From contig CAYYQW010000003.1 of the NCBI GenBank assembly GCA_964472505.1, forward strand, positions 4,249 through 68,248: DNA of 64,000 bases, given 5' to 3'. The notes beneath the pieces were generated by a model. It was given only the letters and a program-made list of their open reading frames with translations. It did not search any database and was not told where the DNA came from. The position numbers and the translations under genes were made by a program. The DNA is from an uncultured Bacteroidaceae bacterium (GTDB lineage: Bacteria > Bacteroidota > Bacteroidia > Bacteroidales > JAADGE01). This document shows positions 54,798 to 64,000 of the stretch, piece by piece (the stretch's first letter is position 1; every line of letters begins with the position of its first letter).

Positions 54798-55439
54798 CTA
54801 TGAGACAATGCTGTAGAAAAAATGCAAAATTATTTTCGGATTTAAGACTATGGGAAACAAAAAGCCAAAAACTGCACCTGCAAAGTGCGCATCGTGGGCT
54901 ATGTCTGAATCGCCGCGACGACTCATGATGTATGAATAAATTAAATAACCGGCTCCGAGCACAACGGCCGGAATATCTATGGGAATTAAAATAATTCTCA
55001 GAGGCGCTAAGGGAGCAAAAAGAATGAGTGAAAACACAACGGCAGAAACTGCACCGGATGCTCCTACTGAATTATAGCTAAAATTATTTCGGTGTTTGAA
55101 AAGTGACGGTAATGCGGCAATCGGTATCGCCAAGACGTACATCAGTACATAGAAAAATTTTCCGTAGCGAGCCAACTCTCCAAAGAAGTCAGTCCGGGAA
55201 AAAATACTTTCAACCGTTTGTCCGAAACTCCACAAAACATACATATTGATACCAAGATGCAGCCAACCGGCATGCAGCAGCCCGTGTGAAAACATTCTAA
55301 AGTATTCTTTTTTCCGGGCAACCATGTAGGCATTGAATTTCAGCTTATTAAACATTTCATCATTGCTGAAAGCTTTTGCCGAAACAATAACCGTAATTAC
55401 GATTAAAAAAATTGTATTGTTGAAAATATCCGAAAGCAT
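54798..55439 (-). CDS. rhomboid-family intramembrane serine protease
   Basis: 213 aa. HGLLHAGWLHLGINM, catalytic GASGAVSAVVFS, and a downstream His (AHFAGAVFG). Confidence 0.7.
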   Translation of the reverse strand: MLSDIFNNTIFLIVITVIVSAKAFSNDEMFNKLKFNAYMVARKKEYFRMFSHGLLHAGWLHLGINMYVLWSFGQTVESIFSRTDFFGELARYGKFFYVLMYVLAIPIAALPSLFKHRNNFSYNSVGASGAVSAVVFSLILFAPLAPLRIILIPIDIPAVVLGAGYLIYSYIMSRRGDSDIAHDAHFAGAVFGFLFPIVLNPKIILHFFYSIVS

Positions 55440-55444
55440 AATTT

Positions 55445-56443
55445 TTAGTACAATATCTTGAAAAGGAGTTCTTTAAGCAAGTCGGCATGTGTTGTACTTA
55501 CGTTTCCCAAACCTTTGGCTTTCATATCGTACTCACGCAAATGTGATATAATCCGAACGGCCTTGGCAATGGGGTATTTGCGCGCTGCGGCCTGATAATC
55601 TTTCACAAAGAAAGGATGTATTTTGAGCTCGGCGGCGGCATTGTTTTTACTTTTATCTTTCAGATAATGAAAAGTCAGTATTTTAGAAAAATAATAATAT
55701 AAAGAATTGATGGTGAGTATCATCGGGTTATTCTTTGGGTTGGATGCAAAGTGTTTTGCTATCCGAAAAGCTTTTACGGTATCCTTATCGCGCAAAGCAT
55801 TTTGGAGCTCAAAATTATTATAATCTTTACTTATACCGATATTTTTTTCTATGGCGGCATCGTCAATTTTTGAGCCTTCGGGCAAGACAAGCATGAGTTT
55901 GTCTAATTCATTTTTAATTTTACTGAGTTCGGTGCCCAAAAATTCGGTCAGTAAAACGCTTGCTTTGGTAGTGATGTTATAGTTTTTATCGGTAAGGTAT
56001 TTTTCAATCCAAGCGGGCACTTGATTGTCGTATAGTTTTTTCGATTCAAAAATTACGGCATTCTTGCCTAAAGTTTTAAAGAATTTTTTTCGCTTATCCG
56101 GCTTTTTATGTTTGAAGTTAATTACTAAAATGGTTGATTTTAGAGGTTTTTCGGCATAATATACCAGTTTGTCTATGTTTTTAAGATGTTGAGCTTCTTT
56201 TAGAATAATTACCTGATGATTGGCCATCATGGGATAGCGTCGGGCGGCATTGTCCACTTCTTCGGCCGATGTTTCTTTGCCGTATATAACGGTTTGGTTG
56301 AATGATTTTTCCGATTCGCTCAAAACATGTTCAGAGATATAATCGGTAATCAAATCAATATAATAAGGCTCATCACCGTGCAGAAAATATATGGGGTGGT
56401 AGATTTTCTTTTTTAAGTCGGAAATAATTTTTTCGTAGCTCAT
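55445..56443 (-). CDS. holA: DNA polymerase III delta subunit
   Basis: IYFLHGDEPYYID N-terminus and the typical length. Starting at the Met at 56443 removes the 50-nt overlap with tatC that the ORF-track start (56506) implies. Confidence 0.65.
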   Translation of the reverse strand: MSYEKIISDLKKKIYHPIYFLHGDEPYYIDLITDYISEHVLSESEKSFNQTVIYGKETSAEEVDNAARRYPMMANHQVIILKEAQHLKNIDKLVYYAEKPLKSTILVINFKHKKPDKRKKFFKTLGKNAVIFESKKLYDNQVPAWIEKYLTDKNYNITTKASVLLTEFLGTELSKIKNELDKLMLVLPEGSKIDDAAIEKNIGISKDYNNFELQNALRDKDTVKAFRIAKHFASNPKNNPMILTINSLYYYFSKILTFHYLKDKSKNNAAAELKIHPFFVKDYQAAARKYPIAKAVRIISHLREYDMKAKGLGNVSTTHADLLKELLFKILY

Positions 56444-56456
56444 AAAGCGAAACGGT

Positions 56457-57272
56457 TTATGCTTTTTTAATCTCTCTTTTTTGTTTACGCTCAATGCGTT
56501 TGGCAATTACAATACCTACTTCATATAAAATAAATAAGGGAACGGCCACCAGCACTTGACTGAAAACATCCGGCGGTGTAATTACGGCCGAAAGGATCAA
56601 TACAACAATGATGGAGTGCTTTCGGTATTTTTTTAAGAAATCTACGGTTACTAAGCCTATTTTGCTCAAAAAATAAATTAATATCGGCAATTCAAAAATC
56701 ACTGCCGAGGCCAGTATAACCGAGGTTATGGTTTGAATGTATGATTTCAGATTAATTTGATTAAGAACAGCTCCGCTTACTTCGTAACCGCCCAGAAAAT
56801 GCAAAGACAGGGGAGTAATTACATAATAACCAAACAATGCGCCCAATGAAAACAGCACTGAGGCAAAGAAAACGGCACCGCGGCTGTGTTTTATTTCTTT
56901 CTTTTTTAAAGCCGGTTTCAGAAATAACCAAAATTGGTAAAAGACGTACGGGAAAGCAATGACTAAGCCGGCAATTATAGAAACCGAAATATGTGTCATA
57001 AATTGCCCGGCCATTTTGATATTGATAATTTGAAAGCCTTTTTGATTAATGCAAAGCGCATCTATATTGAGGTAATTGCCTAATTGACAAAGCTTTGCAT
57101 TGGTAAAAAAATCGGATGATTTGGGTGCTAAAATAATTACATCAAAAATTATATTGCGAAATAAAAAGGCCAGTACGGCAAATATCATTATTCCAAAAAT
57201 AGCACGAATAATATGATGCCTGAGCGTTTCAAGATGCTCCAGAAAACTCATTTCTTTTTTTACCTTTTTCAT
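56457..57272 (-). CDS. tatC: twin-arginine translocase subunit TatC
   Basis: 271 aa. MSFLEHLETLRHHIIR N-terminus and six TM segments. Confidence 0.8.
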   Translation of the reverse strand: MKKVKKEMSFLEHLETLRHHIIRAIFGIMIFAVLAFLFRNIIFDVIILAPKSSDFFTNAKLCQLGNYLNIDALCINQKGFQIINIKMAGQFMTHISVSIIAGLVIAFPYVFYQFWLFLKPALKKKEIKHSRGAVFFASVLFSLGALFGYYVITPLSLHFLGGYEVSGAVLNQINLKSYIQTITSVILASAVIFELPILIYFLSKIGLVTVDFLKKYRKHSIIVVLILSAVITPPDVFSQVLVAVPLFILYEVGIVIAKRIERKQKREIKKA

Positions 57273-58264
57273 ACAATTCCTTCTTTTAAAATATCGTGTA
57301 TGTGAATTACACCTTTATAATCATTGTTTTTTGCAACAAGCAATTGTGTTATATTGTTTTTTTTCATCAGAAAAAAAGCTTCTACGGCCGTTGCTTTGGG
57401 GCTAATGGTTTTTGGGTTTTTACTCATAATTTCGGCTGCTTTAGTCTGTGGATTATGAAGCCTTTTTTGCAGCATTCTGCGTAAATCTCCGTCAGTTATT
57501 ACGCCTTGTATCTCATTATTTTCGTTTACAACAGCCGTTGCGCCCAGGCGTTTTGATGAGATTTCCATAATTACTGCATCTACTGTATCCTTGGGGTTTA
57601 CCGCCGGTTTTTCATTTTGGGTGTACAAATCGCTTACACGCAGATATAATTTTTTGCCGAGAGCACCGCCCGGATGATAGCGCGCAAAATCATGTTCGGT
57701 AAAGCCGCGTGCTTTCAAAAGGCTGACCGCCAGAGCATCACCCATAACCAATTGTGCCGTGGTACTTGAAGTGGGAGCCAGGTTATTGGGACAAGCCTCT
57801 TCGCTTACTTTCGCAAGCAGCACATAGTCCGCTTTTTTTGCAAGGTATGAGTTTTCTTCGGATGTCATGGCAATAATGCGGTTGCCGAACTGACGAATTA
57901 GCGGAAGCAACACTTTTATTTCAGGGGTGTTGCCGCTTTTGGAGAGGCAAAGCACAAGATCATCTTCCAGAATGATACCTAAATCGCCGTGGATGGCATC
58001 GGCCGCATGCATAAAAACAGCCGGAGTTCCGGTAGAATTTAAAGTGGCCGTAATTTTTTGAGCAATAATGGCGCTTTTGCCTATACCGGTTAATATCAGC
58101 CTGCCTTTGCTTTGATATATTTCTGCTACGGCTCCTGAAAAATCTCTATCAATGTAATTCAACAGGTTACCAATGGCTTCATACTCTCTTTTGACAGTAT
58201 TTTGCGCCGTTTTTATAACATCCTCATGAAATATGGAATTTATTTCACTAAAGCTTTTTTCCAC
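57269..58264 (-). CDS. kdsD: KpsF/GutQ-family arabinose-5-phosphate isomerase (SIS + CBS pair)
   Basis: 331 aa. SIS motifs GIGKSAIIAQKI and SKSGNTPE, followed by two CBS modules. Confidence 0.75.
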   Translation of the reverse strand: MEKSFSEINSIFHEDVIKTAQNTVKREYEAIGNLLNYIDRDFSGAVAEIYQSKGRLILTGIGKSAIIAQKITATLNSTGTPAVFMHAADAIHGDLGIILEDDLVLCLSKSGNTPEIKVLLPLIRQFGNRIIAMTSEENSYLAKKADYVLLAKVSEEACPNNLAPTSSTTAQLVMGDALAVSLLKARGFTEHDFARYHPGGALGKKLYLRVSDLYTQNEKPAVNPKDTVDAVIMEISSKRLGATAVVNENNEIQGVITDGDLRRMLQKRLHNPQTKAAEIMSKNPKTISPKATAVEAFFLMKKNNITQLLVAKNNDYKGVIHIHDILKEGIV

Positions 58265-58742
58265 AATAAAAATTATCTTAATTTAGCTTACAAATGTAAA
58301 AATAAATATTCGGATGTCTGTTGATGTTTATAAATTTAATTTTTTTGTTAAAGGTTTTCTTATCTTAGGACAATTACTTGTTTTGTAAGAGAATAAAAAT
58401 GCAGAAGTGTAAATTGAATATGTAAATTTACGGAAACATTTGTTTTGAATATTGTATTAGTTGTAATGTTGTTGATTGAAAATAGCGTACAAATCGGATT
58501 ATACGGAAAACTTTAAGTTTTTTATCATATCCAAACCGGGGGGCAGTACAGGCAGAATATCAAAAAACATCAAAAATTTAGATAAAAAATTCAAAAGAGA
58601 AGACCATTATTGATTTTTTTAATATCTTTAACAAGTTGCTCTGCGAAAATTTGTCAAAAACAGTTATGGGCAACGGTTTGTTTTTATAATATGACAGCCG
58701 ATCGCTATTGAAAAAGCGAGCGGCAATATCAGAAAATTATTT

Positions 58743-60935
58743 ATGAAAGTACAAGACAGTGAAATAAGAGAAGTATTGCGAAAGTACTTTGGTTTTACAA
58801 AGTTTAAAGGTGATCAGGAAGCCATTATTAAAAATGTTCTAAGCGGGCGAGATACTTTTGTACTCATGCCTACCGGTGGCGGTAAATCGCTCACCTATCA
58901 GCTCACCTCCTTACTTACGGAAGGTACCGCTATTGTAATATCTCCGCTGATTGCTCTAATGAAAAACCAAGTGGATGCCATGCGCGGCTTTGCAGAAGAC
59001 CAAGGCGTAGCACATTTTATGAACTCTTCTTTGAGTAAAACTCAATTGCAGCAAGTAAAAAAAGATGTTCTGGCAGGAAGCACCCGCTTGCTTTATGTGG
59101 CGCCGGAATCTCTTACCAAAGAAGAGAATATTACTTTTCTTAAAGATGTGAAAATTTCTTTCTATGCCATTGACGAGGCGCATTGTATTTCGGAATGGGG
59201 CCACGATTTTAGACCCGAATACCGAAGAATACGCCCGGTGATAGATCAGATACAGCGAGCACCCATTTTAGCGCTCACGGCTACGGCCACGCCTAAGGTA
59301 CAACACGACATAAGAAAAAATTTAGGTATTTTGGACAGTTCCGATGTATTTAAAGATTCTTTTTTCCGTCCGAATTTGTATTATGAAATTCGACCCAAAA
59401 GAGAACCCGAAAGCCAAATTATTAAATTTATACGTAATAATAAAGGTAAATCGGGAATCATTTATTGCCTGAGCCGCAAAAAGGTAGAAGAGCTGGCGGA
59501 AACTTTACAAGTGAATGATATTAAAGCATTGCCCTACCATGCCGGCATGGATTCTGCCACACGCTCAAAACATCAGGATATGTTTCTGATGGAAGAAATT
59601 GACGTGATAGTGGCAACCATTGCTTTTGGTATGGGGATAGATAAGCCCGATGTGCGTTTTGTAGTGCACTATGATATGCCCAAAAGTTTGGAAGGTTACT
59701 ATCAAGAAACCGGCCGTGCCGGGCGCGACGGCGGCGAAGGTAAATGTATAACTTTCTACAGCTATAAAGACTTGCAAAAATTGGAGAAATTTATGCAGGG
59801 CAAACCCGTAGCAGAACAAGAAATCGGAAAACAATTATTATTGGAAACCGTAGCTTACGCCGAAACGGCCATGTGCCGACCCAAAGTGTTGTTGAATTAT
59901 TTTGGCGAAACGCTTGACAAGCCTTGTGGTAATTGCGACAATTGCCTTAACCCCAAGAAAAAATTTGAGGCGAAAGATTTAATTCTTACCATGATGAGCG
60001 TGGTGGACAGAGTAAAAGAACGCTATAAAGCTGATCATGTAGCCAATATATTGGCAGGGAAAGCCAGTTCTGCTATTAAGTCATTTAAACACAATGAAAT
60101 AGATGTGTTTGGAATAGGAAAAGAACACGATAAAAAATTATGGGATGCGGTTATCAGAACTGCTCTGGTTCGGCATCTGCTCGGAAAAGATATAGATAAT
60201 TACGGACTTTTAAAAATTACAAAAAAAGGAAGAGAGTTTATGGAGAACCCACACAGCATTGAAATGGCTGAAGATCATGATTATTCGCAGGAAGAGACCG
60301 ACGAGGGAGAAGGCAAAACCATATCGGCAGGAGGCGGCGCCGGCGATCAAGAGTTGTTTAAACTGCTGAAATCTTTAAGGAAACAAGTCTCAAAAAAAAT
60401 GGACGTGCCGCCGTTTGTTATCTTTCAAGATCCTTCATTGGAAGAAATGGCTACGCGCTACCCGATAAATCATGCTGAACTTGAACGCATAACCGGCGTG
60501 GGCAAAGGAAAGGCTAAAAAATACGGAAATGAATTCGTAAGCCTGATTAAAGCCTATGTGGAAGAGAAGGAAATTGACCGCCCGGAAGATCTAGTAGTGA
60601 AGTCCATTGTGAGAAAATCCGGAGTGAAAGTTTTCATTATTCAAAGCATTGACCGCAAAGTAAATTTTGAGGACATAGCCCAATCCAAAGGCTTGACAAT
60701 GGAAGAACTTTTGGATGAAATAGAGGCGATTATTAATTCCGGCACCAAACTCAATGTGGATTATTATGTTGAAAATGTATTGGATGAGGAAAATTTAGAT
60801 ATCATTTATGACCATTTTTACGAATCGCAAACCGGAGATATCCGGGAGGCTGTGTCGGCTCTTGAGGAAGAGGGTTTTAATGAAGAAGAGATTCGCCTGG
60901 CACGTATTAAATTTATTTCTGATATGGCTAATTAG
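58743..60935 (+). CDS. recQ: ATP-dependent DNA helicase RecQ
   Basis: 730 aa. PTGGGKSL, DEAHCISEWGHDFRPEY, Zn-binding CGNCDNC, and a C-terminal HRDC region. Confidence 0.9.
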   Translation: MKVQDSEIREVLRKYFGFTKFKGDQEAIIKNVLSGRDTFVLMPTGGGKSLTYQLTSLLTEGTAIVISPLIALMKNQVDAMRGFAEDQGVAHFMNSSLSKTQLQQVKKDVLAGSTRLLYVAPESLTKEENITFLKDVKISFYAIDEAHCISEWGHDFRPEYRRIRPVIDQIQRAPILALTATATPKVQHDIRKNLGILDSSDVFKDSFFRPNLYYEIRPKREPESQIIKFIRNNKGKSGIIYCLSRKKVEELAETLQVNDIKALPYHAGMDSATRSKHQDMFLMEEIDVIVATIAFGMGIDKPDVRFVVHYDMPKSLEGYYQETGRAGRDGGEGKCITFYSYKDLQKLEKFMQGKPVAEQEIGKQLLLETVAYAETAMCRPKVLLNYFGETLDKPCGNCDNCLNPKKKFEAKDLILTMMSVVDRVKERYKADHVANILAGKASSAIKSFKHNEIDVFGIGKEHDKKLWDAVIRTALVRHLLGKDIDNYGLLKITKKGREFMENPHSIEMAEDHDYSQEETDEGEGKTISAGGGAGDQELFKLLKSLRKQVSKKMDVPPFVIFQDPSLEEMATRYPINHAELERITGVGKGKAKKYGNEFVSLIKAYVEEKEIDRPEDLVVKSIVRKSGVKVFIIQSIDRKVNFEDIAQSKGLTMEELLDEIEAIINSGTKLNVDYYVENVLDEENLDIIYDHFYESQTGDIREAVSALEEEGFNEEEIRLARIKFISDMAN

Positions 60936-61004
60936 AACCGGACAACAGAAATTTAAACGCTTTCAGGTTTACGATGTTTGGTTTATTTTGTCAAACAACT
61001 GCTA

Positions 61005-61040
61005 CAAAAAAAGCCTGCCGAATATTCGGCAGGCTTTTTT
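61005..61040. terminator. bidirectional terminator between convergent recQ and infB
   Basis: The perfect 22-nt palindrome gcctgccgaatattcggcaggc is flanked by an A-run and a T-run. Confidence 0.8.
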
Positions 61041-61057
61041 ATAGCTTTGAAATCTTA

Positions 61058-64000
61058 TTAATCTAATTTTTTGGCAACTTCTATTTCTACAAACGATTCA
61101 ATAATATCGTCTTTTTTAATGTCATTGAAATTTTCTATACTAAGGCCGCATTCATAGCCTTTGGGTACTTCTTTTACATCGTCTTTGAAGCGCTTGAGGG
61201 TGTCAATTTCTCCGGTGTAAACAACTATGCCGTCACGAATGATTCTGATTTTGTCTTTACGGCTGATTTTGCCGTCCATTACATAACAACCGGCAATGGC
61301 GCCTACTTTGGATATTTTGAATACTTCGCGTACTTCTAAGGTAGATTTAATTTCCTCTTTAATCTCGGGTGAAAGCATGCCTTCCATAGCTGCTCGCAGC
61401 TCTGCAATGGCGTCGTAAATAACGGAGTAAGTACGAATGTCAATTTCTTCCTGTTCGGCGAGTTTACGCGCTCCAAGCGAAGGCCGAATTTGGAAACCGA
61501 TAATTACCGCATCGGATGCAGCGGCAAGGTTTACATCAGCTTCGGTGATTTGTCCTACGCCTTTGTGGATTATGTTCACTTGTATTTCTTCTGTGGATTG
61601 TTTAATGAATGAATCTGCCAAGGCTTCGCTTGAACCGATTACATCACTTTTAATAACCACATTCAATTCTTTGAAGTTTCCTATTTTTATGCGGCGTCCG
61701 ATTTCGTCAAGCGTAATGTGCTTACGAGTTCTGAGACTTTGTTCTCGTTTAAGACGTCCGTATTTTTGTGCCAAATCTCGGGCATCGCGTTCACTTTCCA
61801 TAACTTTAAACGGATCGCCGGCAATAGGTGCACCGTTAAGCCCTAATACCATAACCGGTTCTGATGGGCCGGCTTTTTTTATTTCTGTGTCTCGTTCGTT
61901 GTACATGGCTTTTACGCGGCCTGAGAAAGCTCCGGAACGAATAATGTCACCTTGTTTCAGTGTTCCTGATTCAATAAGTATGGTCGCTACATAACCTCGT
62001 CCTTTATCCAGTTGGGCTTCAATAACTGTTCCTTCTGCATTTTTATCCGGGTTGGCTTTCAGTTCCAATACTTCTGCAGCAAGAAGGACTTCTTCCAGTA
62101 ATTGGTCCACGTTTTGGCCTTTTAAAGCTGAGATATCTACCGATTGGTATTTCCCGCCCCATTCTTCAACCAGCAGATTACGCTCGGCAAGTTGTTGTTT
62201 AATTTTTTGAGGGTCGGCTCCCGGTTTATCAATTTTATTGATGGCAAAAATCATGGGAACATCGGCTGCTCTTGTATGGCTTATAGCCTCATCGGTTTGG
62301 GGCATGATATCGTCATCGGCCGCAATAATGATAATGGCCAAGTCGGTAACTTTTGCACCTCTGGCACGCATGGCTGTAAAGGCTTCGTGACCGGGAGTAT
62401 CTAAGAAAGTAATGGATCTTTCTTCATCAATTTTTACATTGTATGCGCCGATATGCTGTGTTATACCTCCGGCTTCTCCGGCTATTACGTTTGTTTTTCT
62501 TACAAAGTCGAGCAAAGACGTTTTTCCGTGATCCACATGACCCATTACGGTAACAATTGGCGACCGCGGAAGAAGTTTTGATTCGTCCACTTCCTCGGGT
62601 TCTTCATCGGATTGTCTTTCTTCAATACTTACGAATTCAGCTTCCATACCAAATTCTTCTACAACAATGGAAATTGTATCTGCATCCAGCCTTTGGTTTA
62701 TGGCCACCATTTTACCAAGGTCGAAACATTTCTTAATAATTTCGTTTACACTCACTTCCATGAGGTTGGCCAGCTCATTTGCAGAGATAAACTCAGTAAC
62801 TTCTAATGTTTTTGCATTTTCAATTTCCTGCTCCTTCTGTATATCGCGTTGTATTTGTTGTTTTTCACGTTTTTTCTTTCTGTTTTTGGCTCCCGTTGAT
62901 TGTTTGCTGCCTTTTTTCTCAAGTTTGGCAAGTGTTTCGTTGATCTTTTTGTTAATGTCCTCTTCTTTTATTTCGGGGCGCTTGCTTCTGCGGGTATCCT
63001 TTTTACGCGAATCTTTCTTTGAGTCTTTTGTTTTTGCTCCTTTTGAGCGGTCGCTGTTATTATTAACAACTTGTTTTTTGATGCGTTTTCTTTTCTTACG
63101 CTTTTTGGGTTTCTTTTTCTCCTCTTCCAAGTTGATTTTGCCAACTACGGTTGGGCCGCTTAGTTTATCTACTTTTGTGGCGATGAAGTCTTTATCCTCT
63201 TTGCTTTCTTTTTGGTCTTTATCGGCGGAATCTTCCGGTTCTTTTTCAGAGCTTGTTTCTGCTTCTTCTTTCGTTTCTTTTTCAGAGCTTTTTTGGGCAT
63301 CGGCTTTACGCTGTTCCTCTGTAGCTTTGCGTTCTTCCCGATCCTTTTTTAATTGCTCTTTGCTTTTTTTCTTTGGGCGGGTTTTTTGATTCAATGAATC
63401 TAAATCAATGCGGTCAATAATATTCAATCCTTTATTTTTTTCAGTACTTATTTCTGTTTTGTCGGAAATATCTACTTTTTCCGGGCTTATATCTTCTTTT
63501 TTGGCGGGTTCTTCCGACTTAGTTTCTTCTTTTTCTGCTTTAGCCGTTTCTTCTTCTTTTGGTGTTACGGTTTTGGGCGTTTCAGTTTTCTTTTTGCTTA
63601 CGTCTTTTTCTTCCGCCTCTTTTTTCTCAGCTTGAAGGTCTTTGCTTTCTGTTTTTTCCTTTTTGGGTTTTTCTTTTTTCGCTTCTTCCTTGTTTTCTTT
63701 CTTTTGGGCTTTGGCTGCTTCCTTTTTCTTGTCTTCTAAATCAATTTTATCGACAATTTGCGGGCCTTTAAGCTTGGGCTTGTCCGTAGTAAGTTCTTCC
63801 GTTTCTTTTTCGGCTTTTTTTGAAGTTTTTTCAGACTCTTTTTTGGAGCTTTCTTCTTTTTCAGACTTTTTCTCTTGGGCAGAAACAATTTCTTGCTCGT
63901 TTTCTTCTGCTTCCTTTTCAAGTCTTTCTTTTTCTGCTTCTTGTTTGCTGCTAAGCTTGGTGCTTATTTTTTCGGATTCTTTCTTGGCGTCTTTATCCGA
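61058..64000 (-). CDS. infB: translation initiation factor IF-2 (5'-partial; runs off the right edge)
   Basis: G domain [25 protein letters not shown]. The ORF-track start at 63427 is a TTG. I checked the same frame codon by codon from 63428 to 64000 and found no stop. It encodes the K/E-rich N-terminal region typical of IF-2. Confidence 0.9.
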   Translation of the reverse strand, partial: SDKDAKKESEKISTKLSSKQEAEKERLEKEAEENEQEIVSAQEKKSEKEESSKKESEKTSKKAEKETEELTTDKPKLKGPQIVDKIDLEDKKKEAAKAQKKENKEEAKKEKPKKEKTESKDLQAEKKEAEEKDVSKKKTETPKTVTPKEEETAKAEKEETKSEEPAKKEDISPEKVDISDKTEISTEKNKGLNIIDRIDLDSLNQKTRPKKKSKEQLKKDREERKATEEQRKADAQKSSEKETKEEAETSSEKEPEDSADKDQKESKEDKDFIATKVDKLSGPTVVGKINLEEEKKKPKKRKKRKRIKKQVVNNNSDRSKGAKTKDSKKDSRKKDTRRSKRPEIKEEDINKKINETLAKLEKKGSKQSTGAKNRKKKREKQQIQRDIQKEQEIENAKTLEVTEFISANELANLMEVSVNEIIKKCFDLGKMVAINQRLDADTISIVVEEFGMEAEFVSIEERQSDEEPEEVDESKLLPRSPIVTVMGHVDHGKTSLLDFVRKTNVIAGEAGGITQHIGAYNVKIDEERSITFLDTPGHEAFTAMRARGAKVTDLAIIIIAADDDIMPQTDEAISHTRAADVPMIFAINKIDKPGADPQKIKQQLAERNLLVEEWGGKYQSVDISALKGQNVDQLLEEVLLAAEVLELKANPDKNAEGTVIEAQLDKGRGYVATILIESGTLKQGDIIRSGAFSGRVKAMYNERDTEIKKAGPSEPVMVLGLNGAPIAGDPFKVMESERDARDLAQKYGRLKREQSLRTRKHITLDEIGRRIKIGNFKELNVVIKSDVIGSSEALADSFIKQSTEEIQVNIIHKGVGQITEADVNLAAASDAVIIGFQIRPSLGARKLAEQEEIDIRTYSVIYDAIAELRAAMEGMLSPEIKEEIKSTLEVREVFKISKVGAIAGCYVMDGKISRKDKIRIIRDGIVVYTGEIDTLKRFKDDVKEVPKGYECGLSIENFNDIKKDDIIESFVEIEVAKKLD

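Noticed and set aside
63736-63921. A 61-aa Lys-rich minus-strand ORF lies near the right edge.
   Set aside because: It is an alternative frame of the K/E-rich N-terminal region of infB. The infB frame is open through the whole stretch.
1-64000. I looked for defence systems, toxin-antitoxin pairs, a prophage, integrases or transposases, tRNA and rRNA genes.
   Set aside because: I found none by motif inspection of all track ORFs and of the spacers. The only signs of mobility are the small non-autonomous repeat elements.

Overview
This looks like a chromosomal segment of a Bacteroidota-type genome. The evidence is adjacent gldD/gldE gliding genes, a protease with a T9SS C-terminal sorting domain, and TTTG/TAnnTTTG promoter-like boxes. 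Almost all genes are on the minus strand. Left to right the window holds: (1) the right-hand part of an aryl-polyene/flexirubin-like type II PKS-style lipid cluster (KS, CLF-like, ACP, KS fusion, thioesterase, methyltransferase) with an embedded hemerythrin gene; (2) dnaX and a porin; (3) the pyruvate dehydrogenase operon aceE-aceF-lpdA; (4) a 920-bp repeat-filled spacer; (5) a MEDS protein, a hybrid sensor kinase and a second, frameshifted heme-type sensor kinase; (6) glpD, pdaD, gldD-gldE, ssb and two aldehyde dehydrogenases; (7) a 1184-aa S8/T9SS protease; (8) assorted metabolic genes including gcvT; (9) a co-directional string that starts with an ECF sigma and a soluble zinc anti-sigma and runs through several thiol/sulfur-redox genes; (10) gap, rhomboid, holA, tatC, kdsD, recQ and a 5'-truncated infB. 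I found no rRNA, tRNA, CRISPR array, transposase, prophage or recognisable defence system. The unusual content is mostly non-coding. It comprises small TIR/TSD-bounded elements, heptamer arrays in the PDH intercistronic spacers, a 39-nt motif shared by two long spacers, and a GC-rich 505-bp spacer with mutually exclusive helices. There are also gene-level oddities: a frameshifted kinase, a phosphatase remnant at the cluster edge, and a missed 46-aa Cys-rich ORF. All calls come from reading motifs by eye. Hand-derived coordinates may be off by 1-2 nt, especially near homopolymers.
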